Program-made: the position numbers and the translations under genes
Shown: positions 10,801-23,000 of the stretch, in pieces
Position numbering within the stretch: the stretch's first letter is position 1
Layout: the number at the start of each line of letters is the position of its first letter
NCBI GenBank assembly: GCA_002269645.1
Contig: NIVC01003719.1
Coordinates: 1-28,360, forward strand
Reading direction: 5' to 3'
DNA length: 28,360 nucleotides
Source of the DNA: Macrostomum lignano
Lineage: Eukaryota
Notes under the pieces: generated by a model
Seen by the model: only the letters and a program-made list of their open reading frames with translations
What the model was told of the DNA's origin: nothing
Databases searched by the model: none

Positions 10801-13800
10801 CTTGAGCGAAGCGACGGTTTTTTCTATCCGATTCTTCGCTCCCGCCCAATCCACTGCGAGGTCCCTGACAAGGGGCTCAGATTTGCTTCAGCATGCATTC
10901 ATCGTTGAGAATGGGAAATCGAAATTGGGAAATGGGGAGTTTTTTTATCCCAGTGCCGCTTTTTTGCATTGGGACGGCGGATGCGGGTCGACTGATATCT
11001 TCTTGCTCCCCGTTGATCACCCAGCCTCTCTCTCCCTTCATCCATGGCATGGGGTTAGGGAGCTGGGGTTGGTTTATGCGCCAGCGATAATCTGAGATAT
11101 TGGGGATTGAATTCAGTTAAATTTGTAAATAAAATGTTTATTAGGCTTTTGGATTTTACACTTTTCGAGCGGTATTTATCTCCTGAGTGCATCGAATAGA
11201 ATTGGTTTGCTTGTGGAATCGAAATCGTTTTTATACTACTAATAGAAGCGATCAGTAGTTTGAGCGCGTTTTAAAACTGTTTTAAACTATAAATAATTAA
11301 TTATAGTGATTATATTGTAAAACTGCAATAGAAAATTATATAGAAAATACAAGTTTTGATCATGAATTCTTTTGACAAATTTAGAACTTCGATCAATCAG
11401 CCATGAAAATATTGATCAATCAGTTATACGTAAATATCGAATGGATATCGATAAATAATATACCAATATCGATCGATAAGATATGGGTATCGATCAATAA
11501 TATATAAATATCGATCGATAAGATATGAATATCGATCAATCAGATATAAATATCGATCGATAAGATATGGGTATCAATCAATCAGATATAAATATCGATC
11601 GATAAGATATGGGTATCAATCAATCAGATATGAATATCGATCGATAAGATATGGGTATCAATCAATCAGATATGAATATCGATCGATAAGATATGGGTAT
11701 CAATCAATCAGATATGAATATCGATCGAAAAGATACGAATATTGACCAATTAACGCTCAAGGCTCGACTTCGCGAACTGGAGAAAAAATCTGAGCTGCAG
11801 TCGCTGCGCCACGAGGAGCTGATGCTGGAGCTTGAGGCGTCCAAGAAAAAGCAGAAATACGAACAGCTGAGACACCTGGCATCCACTGCCGACCGAGTCT
11901 CCGAAGGCGGCAGCGTATCGGATGCTCTTCTAGGAGCAGACTTGGAGATTAACGATGGGAACTCTGCTGCGAGCGGGCTTGGCGTTGCTGCATCTGCCAG
12001 TGCCGGCGGCAGCAGAGCTTCTTCTTCAAGACATGCCGTGCCGAATAGTGAGTGCCCGAGCGTTGTTGCTCCTTTGAGGCAGGAAGAAACTCTGAAATGA
12101 ATCTGACGGGATGAGAGGGAAAGGAGTGAGAGGGAGAGGGGTGAGAGGGAGAGTGTTGAGCGGGAGAGGGGTGAGATGCGAGTGGGATGAGAGGAAGAAG
12201 GGTGAGATGCGAGTGGGATGAGAGGAAGAAGGGTGAGATGCGAGTGGGATGAGAGGAAGAGGGTTGAGATGCGAGTGAGATGAGAGGAAGAGGGTTGAGA
12301 TGCGAGTGGGATGAGAGGAAGAGGGTTGAGATGCGAGTGGGATGAGAGGAAGAGGGTTGAGATGCGAGTGGGATGAGAGGAAGAGGGTTGAGATGCGAGT
12401 AGGATGAGAGGAAGAAGGGTGAGATGCGAGTGGGATGAGAGGAAGAGGGTTGAGATGCGAGTGGGAGGAGAGGAAGAGGGGTGAGATGCGAGTGGGATGA
12501 GAGGATGAGGGTTGAGATGCGAGTGGGATGAGAGGAAGAGGGTTGAGATGCGAGTGGGATGAGAGGAAGAGGGTTGAGATGCGAGTGGGATGAGAGGAAG
12601 AGGGTTGAGATGCGAGTGGGATGAGAGGAAGAGGGTTGAGATGCGAGTAGGATGAGAGGAAGAAGGGTGAGATGCGAGTGGGATGAGAGGAAGAGGGTTG
12701 AGATGCGAGTGGGAGGAGAGGAAGAGGGTTGAGATGCGAGTGGGATGAGAGGATGAGGGTTGAGATGCGAGTGGGATGAGAGAAAGAGGGTTGAGATGCG
12801 AGTGGGAGGAGAGGAAGAGGGGTGAGATGCGAGTGGGATGAGAGGAAGAGGGTTGAGATGCGAGTGGGATGAGAGGAAGAGGGTTGAGATGCGAGTGGGA
12901 TGAGAGGAAGAGGGTTGAGATGCGAGTGGGATGAGAGGAAGAGGGTTGAGATGCGAGTGGGATGAGAGGAAGAGGGTTGAGATGCGAGTGGGATGAGAGG
13001 AAGAGGAGTGAGATGCGAGTGGGATGAGAGGAAGAGGAGTGAGATGCGAGTGGGATGAGAGGAAGAGGGGTGAGATGCGATGAAGTGAGAGGGAGTGATA
13101 TGGTAGAGGTGAGTGGTAGCGATGAGATGGAAAGGAAACGAAGGTGAATATACAGGAGAGTGAGGGAGAGAGCGACAGGGCGAGTGAAAGGGTGGGGAAT
13201 CCTTTCTCGGTTACCTTGGCGATCGGCAAAGAGCTCGGAACTGAGACTGCAGTATGTGAGAAAATTTTGCAAATAAATCACAATCTTTGTACGAGCTATA
13301 ATAAGATAGACTAGGCAGTAGGGTACGCTTTTCTTGATCTGTAGCATTTATCTTGATCTGAATTAGAGCTCTTCAGCCAGATTGGTACAGCTCCTCTGCT
13401 CCTAGCCTTGCCTTTTGCTTTCAGGCATTTTCGAGCTTTAGTATTGGTTTCTATTCTGCATAGCCCATGACAAATTCTATCTTCTTTATTCCATTAGTAA
13501 GCTAACTTGTATGTAGGAAATCTCATTAGGAAGCTCCAATCTTAGCGTTTAATTGCGGGAAACCTACTTTGGAATTCCCTCTGGGAAATCCCGTCGGAAT
13601 TCCCATTGGGAAACTATTGCGGGAAACCCACTTCGGAGTTCTCTCTGGGAAACCCCATTTTACAAATCTCTTTGGGAAACCCAAATTAGGGATTCCCTTT
13701 GGGAAACCCCATTTCGGAAATCTGGCTTTCTTTTAAAAAAGCTTTATTAAGAATTCCACTATTGCACCTAACTAAATTGAATACATGTTCAAAGCCTGTT

Positions 13801-14043
13801 TTGTCCGGCTCACTTTTGAGGATTAAATCTTAATAATGTTTGACTAGGATCGTGGGATCAATCTCTAAAATAGCACATTTTTGTTATAATTATAAATAAT
13901 ACTAGCTTGCATGCTAAATATTGCATGTGGTTCCTTATTTCAACTATCCTGTCCCGACTTATTTGAGCAGGAGAATATCTTCCACACACAGTCGGAGGGG
14001 ACACTGCTCCACCACACAGTCAGTACATGCCTCAGAAGCAGCT

Positions 14044-14076
<33 letters not shown>

Positions 14077-17000
14077 ACAACAACAGCAGCAGCAGCAGGT
14101 CTCCGCGATTTCTGCATCAGGCTCAGTCAAGGACAGACAGCCAACTCAGCAGAAATTTCGACGTCAACCTTCGGGACAGGAAGAACATGTGTGCCTTCTG
14201 CTCTTTTACTCTTTTACTCTAGCTTTGATTTGATTTTTGAACAATAACCGATAGATTAAAAGCCAGCCAATCAGCGAGCGCACAAGGGTTAGAAGGAGAA
14301 TCGATAATCTCAAAGCCAGCCAATCAGCGAGCGCACACGGGTTAGAAGGAAAATTGATACTCTCAAAGCCAGCCAATCAGCGAGCGCACACGGGTTAGAA
14401 GGAAAATCGATACTCTCAAAGCCAGCCAATCAGCGAGCGCACACGGGTTAGAAGGAGAATCGATAATCTCAAAGCCAGCCAATCAGCGAGCGCACACGGG
14501 TTAGAAGGAAAATCGATACTCTCAAAGCCAGCCAAGCAGCGAGCGCACACGGGTTAGAAGGAAAATTGATACTCTCAAAGCCAGCCAATCAGCGAGCGCA
14601 CACGGGTTAGAAGGAAAATCGATAATCTCAAAGCCAGCCAAGCAGCGAGCGCACACGGGTTAGAAGGAAAATTGATACTCTCAAAGCCAGCCAATCAGCG
14701 AGCGCACACGGGTTAGAAGGAAAATCGATACTCTCAAAGCCAGCCAATCAGAGAGCGCACACGGGTTAGAAGGAAAATCGATACTCTCAAAGCCAGCCAA
14801 TCAGAGAGCGCACAAGGATTAGAAGGAAAATCGATTAATTTCAAAACTAGTTACTCATTGAGTGCATCACTTGAACTTGCCAGGCTAAGAGCGGTTTTGC
14901 TTATACCGAATTGTCCGACGGTCATCATGGCTACATACCGTCAAACTACTCGGAACCGTCAGGCAAGCCAACTCTCAATCAAGGTAAAAAACTCAATGCT
15001 AGAATTTGCTTCATAGTTTCTTAGAAATATTGGCAAATTTTGCCAGTATTAAATTTTTTTACTTGGAGCAGCAAACCAGCAGAGCGGAAAGGCTGGCAAA
15101 GAGGAAATGAGAAGACAGAGAGAGAGAAGGGCCTGCATCCCTCATATGCCCGTCATTATCCTTATCCTGCTTCCCATGTGCCTGACAACCTGATGCAGAA
15201 GAGACAGAGAGTCTGCAAGCTCCTCTGCGAATCTTCGCTACCCTCTCAGGCCAGCCGCTATAATCATAATTAAATAATTACATCCAGCTGCCCGGATACG
15301 AGGGGAGTAAAATTACGTGAACTGTGCGCGCCTCCTTACAGATGTTTATTGAATTATCGAAGCTGGACTGCTGGATACTGGGACTAGCTGCTGCATAAGG
15401 CTATAAGTTTTGCACCGCATTGCTTCCCAATCTGCTGCTAGACTCATTTCATCTAACCAGTTTTTCGAGCCCACTGCATGCGCATTTTTTCTTAGAGAAA
15501 ATTATCAAAGAAAAGCTAATTCAACAATTTCCTGTCTTACCGGTTATGCAAGATCACACCTGATCACACCTGATCACACCTGATCACACCTGATCACACC
15601 TGATCCCACCTGATCGCACCTGATCACACCTGATCGCACCTGATCACACCTGATCACACCTGATCACACCTGATCACACTTGATCACACCTGATCACACC
15701 TGATCACACCTGATCACACCTGATCACACCTGATCACACCTGATCACACCTGATCACACCTGATCACACCTGATCACACCTGATCACATGATCACACCTG
15801 ATCCACCTGATCACACCTGATCACACTTGATCACACCTGATCCACCTGATCACACCTGATCACATCTGATCACACCTGATCACACCTGATCACACCTGAT
15901 CACACCTGATCCCACCTGATCACACCTGATCACATCCGATCACACCTGATCCCATCTGATCACACCTGATCACATCCGATCACACCTGATCACACCTGAT
16001 CACATCCGATTACACCTGATCCCACCTGATCACACCTGATCACACCTGATCACATCCGATCACACCTGATCACACCTGATTACACCTGATCACACTTGAT
16101 CACACCTGATCACAACCACACCTGATCACACCTGATCACATCCGATCACACCTGATCACCATCACACCTGATCACACCTGATCACATCCGATCACACCTG
16201 ATCACACCTGATCACATCCATGATCCATCCTGATCACACCTGATCCCATCACACCTGATCACATCCGACACCTGATCCCACCTGATCACACCTGATCACA
16301 TCACCTGATGATCACACCTGATCACACTTGATCACACCTGATCACGATCACACCTGATCACACCTGATCACTCTTGACCACACCTGATCCCACCTGATCA
16401 CACCTGATCACATCCGATCACACCTGATCCCACCTGATCACACCTGATCACACCTGATCACATCCGATCACACCTGATCAAACCTGATCACATCCGATCA
16501 CACCTGATCCCACCTGATCACATCTGATTACACCCGATCAGATCTGATCACTACCTATCACTATCGATCACACCAGGCTAATTTTGACTCCCCTGCTGAC
16601 CCCCCCCCCCACGGCAGCATCCGCTGTCGCCTCGCAGGCCAGGCGCCCGCCGCTCGTGCTAGACGAAGAGCTGGCCCGCGCCGACGCAACAGCCGATGCG
16701 ACTGAGACCGGCGTGCCACTGGCGCCGCCGCGCCAGCTCACCGTGGAGCGCCAGCTGGCCAACTCGGTGCTGATTGGCTGGCTGCCTCCTGTTGGCACGC
16801 AGCCGGCGGCCTACCGCGTCTACGTTGATGGCCAATTTTTTTTCTCTGTCCGCGCCGTCGACAAGACCAAGGCGCTGATTGAGGGCGCCGATTCTAGGCA
16901 GCGCCACCGGATCTGCGTGCGCGCCGTGGCGTCGGATGGCGCGGCTTCGTCGCGCGACCTGGCGTGCACCCTGGTAACTGGGGCGAGCTCGGAAACCAGC

Positions 17001-20000
17001 CTGGCGCCCACCTACTTGCAGGTGTGTAAACTATTCCTATATCTGACTGACTGACTGACTGACTGACTGACTGACTGACTGACTGACTGACTGACTGACT
17101 GACTGACTGACTGACTGACTGACTGACTGACTGACTGACTGACTGACTGACTGACTGACTGACTGACTGACTGACTGACTGACTGACTGACTGACTGACT
17201 GACTGACTGACTGACTGACTGACTGACTGACTGACTGACTGACTGACTGACTGACTGACTGACTGACTGACTGACTGACTGACTGACTGACTGACTGACT
17301 GACTGACTGACTGACTGACTGACTGACTGACTGACTGACTGACTGACTGACTGACTGACTGACTGACTGACTGACTGACTGACTGACTGACTGACTGACT
17401 GACTGACTGACTGACTGACTGACTGACTGACTGACTGACTGACTGACTGACTGACTGACTGACTGACTGACTGACTGACTGACTGACTGACTGACTGACT
17501 GACTGACTGACTGACTGACTGACTGACTGACTGACTGACTGACTGACTGACTGACTGACTGACTGACTGACTGACTGACTGACTGACTGACTGACTGACT
17601 GACTGACTGACTGACTGACTGACTGACTGACTGACTGACTGACTGACTGACTGACTGACTGACTGACTGACTGACTGACTGACTGACTGACTGACTGACT
17701 GACTGACTGACTGACTGACTGACTGACTGACTGACTGACTGACTGACTGACTGACTGACTGACTGACTGACTGACTGACTGACTGACTGACTGACTGACT
17801 GACTGACTGACTGACTGACTGACTGACTGACTGACTGACTGACTGACTGACTGACTGACTGACTGACTGACTGACTGACTGACTGACTGACTGACTGACT
17901 GACTGACTGACTGACTGACTGACTGACTGACTGACTGACTGACTGACTGACTGACTGACTGACTGACTGACTGACTGACTGACTGACTGACTGACTGACT
18001 GACTGACTGACTGACTGACTGACTGACTGACTGACTGACTGACTGACTGACTGACTGACTGACTGACTGACTGACTGACTGAAGACTGACTGTGACTGGA
18101 CTGACTGACTGACACCAGCCCTCATCTCCGAGTTTAACAGGTGAGCCACGTGACCCACGCCTCCGCTAAGCTGCTCTTCGTGCCGGCCTCATCGTCGCTC
18201 GGCCACGTCGTGCTGCTCAACAATCGCGAGCACTCGCAGTGCCCGCCAGGCGTCTACAAGCTGCAGCTGGCCGGCCTGGCGGCTGACGCGCCCTACAGAG
18301 TCTGCGTCCGCGCCCGGGCCGCCGTCGCCTCCTCAACAGCCGCTGCCTCGGCGTTGCTCTCCGCCTCGCTGGACTTTCGCACCGGGTCGCGCGGCCGCCC
18401 CGACCCGCCGATGGACGTCACCGCCGAGCCCGGGCCGCAGGACGGCTCGCTGCTGCTCACCTGGCTGCCAGTCGGACGTCGGCGCGTCGACACAGCGTCC
18501 GGCTTCCCGGAGTCGAACGGGTGCCGCGTCACGGGCTATGCGGTGTACGCCGACTGCAGGCACCGGGTCACCGAGTGCCTGGACGCCAACTCCGACCACT
18601 GCCTGCTGGCCAGCAGCTCGCTGCCGCCCGGATGCACCAAGCTGACGGTCCGGACAGTTGGCCAGGCAGCGGACGGGTCCGGCCGGACAGTGGAAAGCGC
18701 CGACTCGGAGCCGCACTGCGAACTGGTGCGTGGACACTCAAAACCATTGGGTGAACTGTTCTCTCAGAAGTGCAGGCAATCGAACTTGCTCCACAGGGCA
18801 GTGAAAACTCAATAGCACCTGGTTATAGCTGCTCTGTTGGGATGCTGGAGGTCAAATTATTACTAAATTGTTAAACCGCAGACAGTCTAGAGAGCTGCAG
18901 ACAGTCTAGACAGCTGCAGACACAGTCTAGACAGCTGCAGACACAGTCTAGACAGCTGCAGACACAGTCTAGACAGCTGCAGACACAGTCTAGACAGCTG
19001 CAGACACAGTATAGAGAGCTGCAGGCACAGTCTAGACAGCTGCAGACACAGTCTAGACAGCTGCAGACACAGTCTAGACAGCTGCAGACACAGCAACGCA
19101 GCGCACGCAAGTATGCAAGTTCGCACGAGCAGCCGGTTTTGGTTTTTTCGGTGTTTCAGCATGTCAGTTGCGTAGATTTTAGGCAATACACACACTCAGC
19201 ATAGTATAAGTGCACTTGCACTTGCCGAAGACAAAGTCTAGCTTCGAGGTCGTGCGCACCACCGGCATTAACAGTTTTTACGCCACAAGCTTCGTAATTA
19301 GAAGAACGGAACTTGGTTTAATACGATTTAATATATCGTACGACACGAAACTATAGACACTCCGCAAGTGTAGCCAATGCGCTTCTTACACTACTTAATC
19401 TAAGTATCAGTAGCGTGCATAGTCTTCTTTATAACACACGGAAAATCTCCACTATAGTCGCCGCATTTCCGGTGTCGGACTGGCACTAGCGGGCCGACAC
19501 GACGATGTCTGCAGACGGCGCTGCCTTCGAAATTGTCGATGGATACGTCGCGACGTTGGTTGCAGCGCGCTGAGCGCAGCGACAGCGTCACGGACAGCCC
19601 TTGGTGGCCGTTCAGTGTGACTCCAAAGTCTGCTGGGTAACCTTACTACGTTGTCAAGGCGCACAGTATATTAGCTATTCATTAGGATCTGTGTTCCCTG
19701 TGTATACAGCTTTGCAGCTGCGACCGTTTGCTGTTGTGCCCGATGGAATATTCAATTCACAATTCGAATTTTAAAGTTATCTACTATTAGTAGTGAGAAT
19801 CCAGCGAAAAATCGGGTGTACAACTGTACATAGGGATTAAAAGAGTAGATGAGGATTGTGATGCAGGGAAGTGGGAGACGGTTTAGATATTCAGGGAAGT
19901 GAATCAGAATGCGGATACAGTGTATGAGGATGTAGATTCAGAGGGTGAAGATGTAGATTTAGAGGGTGAGGATGTAGATTTAAAGAATGAGGATGTAGAT

Positions 20001-23000
20001 TCAGATTATGAGGATGTAGATTTCGATTATGAGGATGTAGATTCCGATTATGAGGATGTAGATTCAGAGGATGAGGATGTAGATTCAGAGGATGAGGATG
20101 TAGATTCAGAGGATGAGGATGTAGATTTCGATTATGAGGATGTAGATTCCGATTATGAGGATGTAGCTTCAGAGGATGAGGATGTAGATTCAGAGGATGA
20201 GGATGTAGATTTCGATTATGAGGATGTAGATTCAGTGAATGAGGATGTAGATTCAGTGAATGAGGATGTAGATTCAGTGAATGAGGATGTAGATTCAGTG
20301 AATGAGGATGTAGATTCAGTGAATGAGGATGTAGATTCAGTGAATGAGGATGTAGATTCAGTGAATGAGGATGTTGATTCAGTGAATGAGGATGTAGATT
20401 CAGTGGGTGAGGATGTAGATTCAGTGCATGAGGATGTAGATTCAGTGAATGAGGATGTAGATTCAGTGGGTGAGGATGTATAGATTCAGTGAATGGGGAT
20501 GTAGATTCAGTAGGTGAGGATGTATAGATTCAGTGAATCGGGATGCAGATTCAGTGAATGAGGATGTAGATTCAGTAGGTGAGGATGTATAGATTCAGTG
20601 AATGGGGATGCAGATTCAGTAGGTGAGGATGTATAGATTCAGTGAATGGGGATGTAGATTCAGTAGGTGAGGATGTATAGATTCAGTGAATCGGGATGCA
20701 GATTTAGTGAATGAGGATGTAGATTCAGTAGGTGAGGATGTATAGATTCAGTGAATCGGGATGCAGATTCAGTAGGTGAGGATGTATAGATTCAGTGAAT
20801 CGGGATGTAGATTCAGTAGGTGAGGATGTATAGATTCAGTGAATGAGGATGTAGATTCAGTAGGTGAGGATGTATAGATTCAGTGAATCGGGATGCAGAT
20901 TCAGTAGGTGAGGATGTATAGATTCAGTGAATCGGGATGTAGATTCAGTAGGTGAGGATGTATAGATTCAGTGAATGAGGATGTAGATTCAGTAGGTGAG
21001 GATGTATAGATTCAGTGAATCGGGATGCAGATTCAGTAGGTGAGGATGTATAGATTCAGTGAATCGGGATGTAGATTCAGTAGGTGAGGATGTATAGATT
21101 CAGTGAATGAGGATGTAGATTCAGTAGGTGAGAATGTATAGATTCAGTGAATCGGGATGTAGATTCAGTGAATGAGGATGTAGATTCAGTGAATGGGGAT
21201 GTAGATTCAGTGGATGAGGATGTAGATTCAGAGGGTGAGAATGTAGATTCAGAGGGTGAGAATGTAGATCCAGACAGTGGGTTTCTGCAGCATTTAAGCA
21301 AATACTCAATGAATGCATCAACATCACAGCCGTCCATCGTTAAAAAAATATGTCAGCAAAATTTTACATATACTGATACCATATAGCCCACGCAAAGATA
21401 TCACAATCATAGGTGGCTTGCAAATTGTACATTTGCTGTCAAGTAAAGCTGCTTTGCCTTCTGCTGCGCATTTATTTTACGTTATATTCTAGTAAACCTT
21501 ACTGCCATAGCGGCACTGTCGTAATTTTATAGTTATTTATTCTGTCTGTTGCTCATTCATATCAGTCAGTGGCTACTATAAGTAGTATATTACAATCTTC
21601 AGGCCGGCAAGATTTCTGTCGAGAGCGCGCGAAAACGACTGACTAGAAATCCTTCAGCACCAGAGACCGCTACTATTCGTAAGTTGGGTCGAACAATTCC
21701 TGTCCTCAATGTACATATCGTTATGTACGTACTATTACGTACGTACAATTTATGTACGAAACTTTTTTGCTTTCTACTGCTCATTAGTAGTGTAAAACTC
21801 AAATGCACTTCACTATTTGCTTACAGGCGACTCGGAGAGCGAATACGATGACGAATACCTGTCTGGCCAGCAGCGGGGTTTTCCTCAGCGGAGCTCCAAC
21901 AATCATCGGCAGCAGAGAGTCAACGTCGGCGACAACACGGCGCCAACTCCGCCACCGCGTCCAGCCGTACACCGTCCGAATCTGGCGGCGACGACGACAA
22001 CGACGGCCATGACGACGGTGAGAGCGTCTACTGGCAGCGGCGATGGTGCGCGCATCTTTGTGGCGCTGTTCGACTACGATCCGGCCGTTATGAGCCCGAA
22101 TCCTGACGCTGCCGCCGTGGAGTTGGCGTTCAAAGAGGGCCAGCTGATAAAGGTGAGCGTCCCGTTGACGATCGGTATAACATGAAGTCTCAAACTTGAA
22201 ATATCTCACTGCTAAAAATCCTTTTTGTCTAATGCTAGTAGCGTTAAGCTTCATGAGACCCAGATGTTAATTATATTTATAACTTGTTACTGCCCATTCC
22301 ACCGACTCCCCTGAGCAGGCACACAAGCGCGCGGATATGTACGCAGTCATACGCACAGGCACACACTCACACAGGAGTGCACAGCGGCCCTAACTTTATT
22401 TATCGTTAGGCATGTACACTTCACTGTGCCTTGGGGTTGGACCTCAAGCTGGGCGTTAATTGCACGAGCAGAGCCAAGCCGAGATTCCAATTTAAGCCCC
22501 AAATTCAATGGCAATGGCAGCTCGGCGATGTAACTATTCATCTCCAGTGTTCCCTAGCTAAGTCTAATTATTTCAGCACAAAATGGCTTAGTTCAAGTGA
22601 AGTGCCTGCTTTCCGAGTTGACAAGAGTCGGCAATCGCCAGCCCTGCAATCTGCTCTGCATCTTTTCATCCTAAACCAACCCCCTCCCCCCGCAGGTGTG
22701 GGGCAGCCGGGACTCGGACGGCTTCTACAGAGGCGAGTGCAACAGTCGGATCGGCCTGATCCCCGGCAACATGATCAGCGAGGTGCACATGGAAGCCGCT
22801 AGCGGACGCCTCGGCAGCGTTGGCAGCACCAAACCGGCTGACGGTCGAACCCGCATGGTGGCCCTGTACGACTACGATCCGAAGACGCTGAGTCCGAACG
22901 CTGACGCTGATGTCGAGTTGTCATTCAACGCTGGCGACGTTGTCCTGCCGCTGGGCCCAGTCGACGAGGACGGCTTCCTGCTGGGCGAGCTGGAGCGCGA

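Noticed and set aside
9261-13347. Long ORFs such as ERGGEGGERRRGW, PLLSTLSSSLH and SSHSHLNPLPLIP
   Set aside because: They are translations of the 19-bp and 31-bp intronic minisatellites.
15065-15195. Possible alternative terminal exon (AANQQSGK...IILILLPMCLTT*)
   Set aside because: The acceptor (ttggag) is weak, there is no family similarity, and exon 14983 already joins 16618 in phase.
17012-18158. SQSV-repeat ORFs on the minus strand
   Set aside because: The reverse complement of (GACT)n has no stop codons, and there is no other sign of coding.
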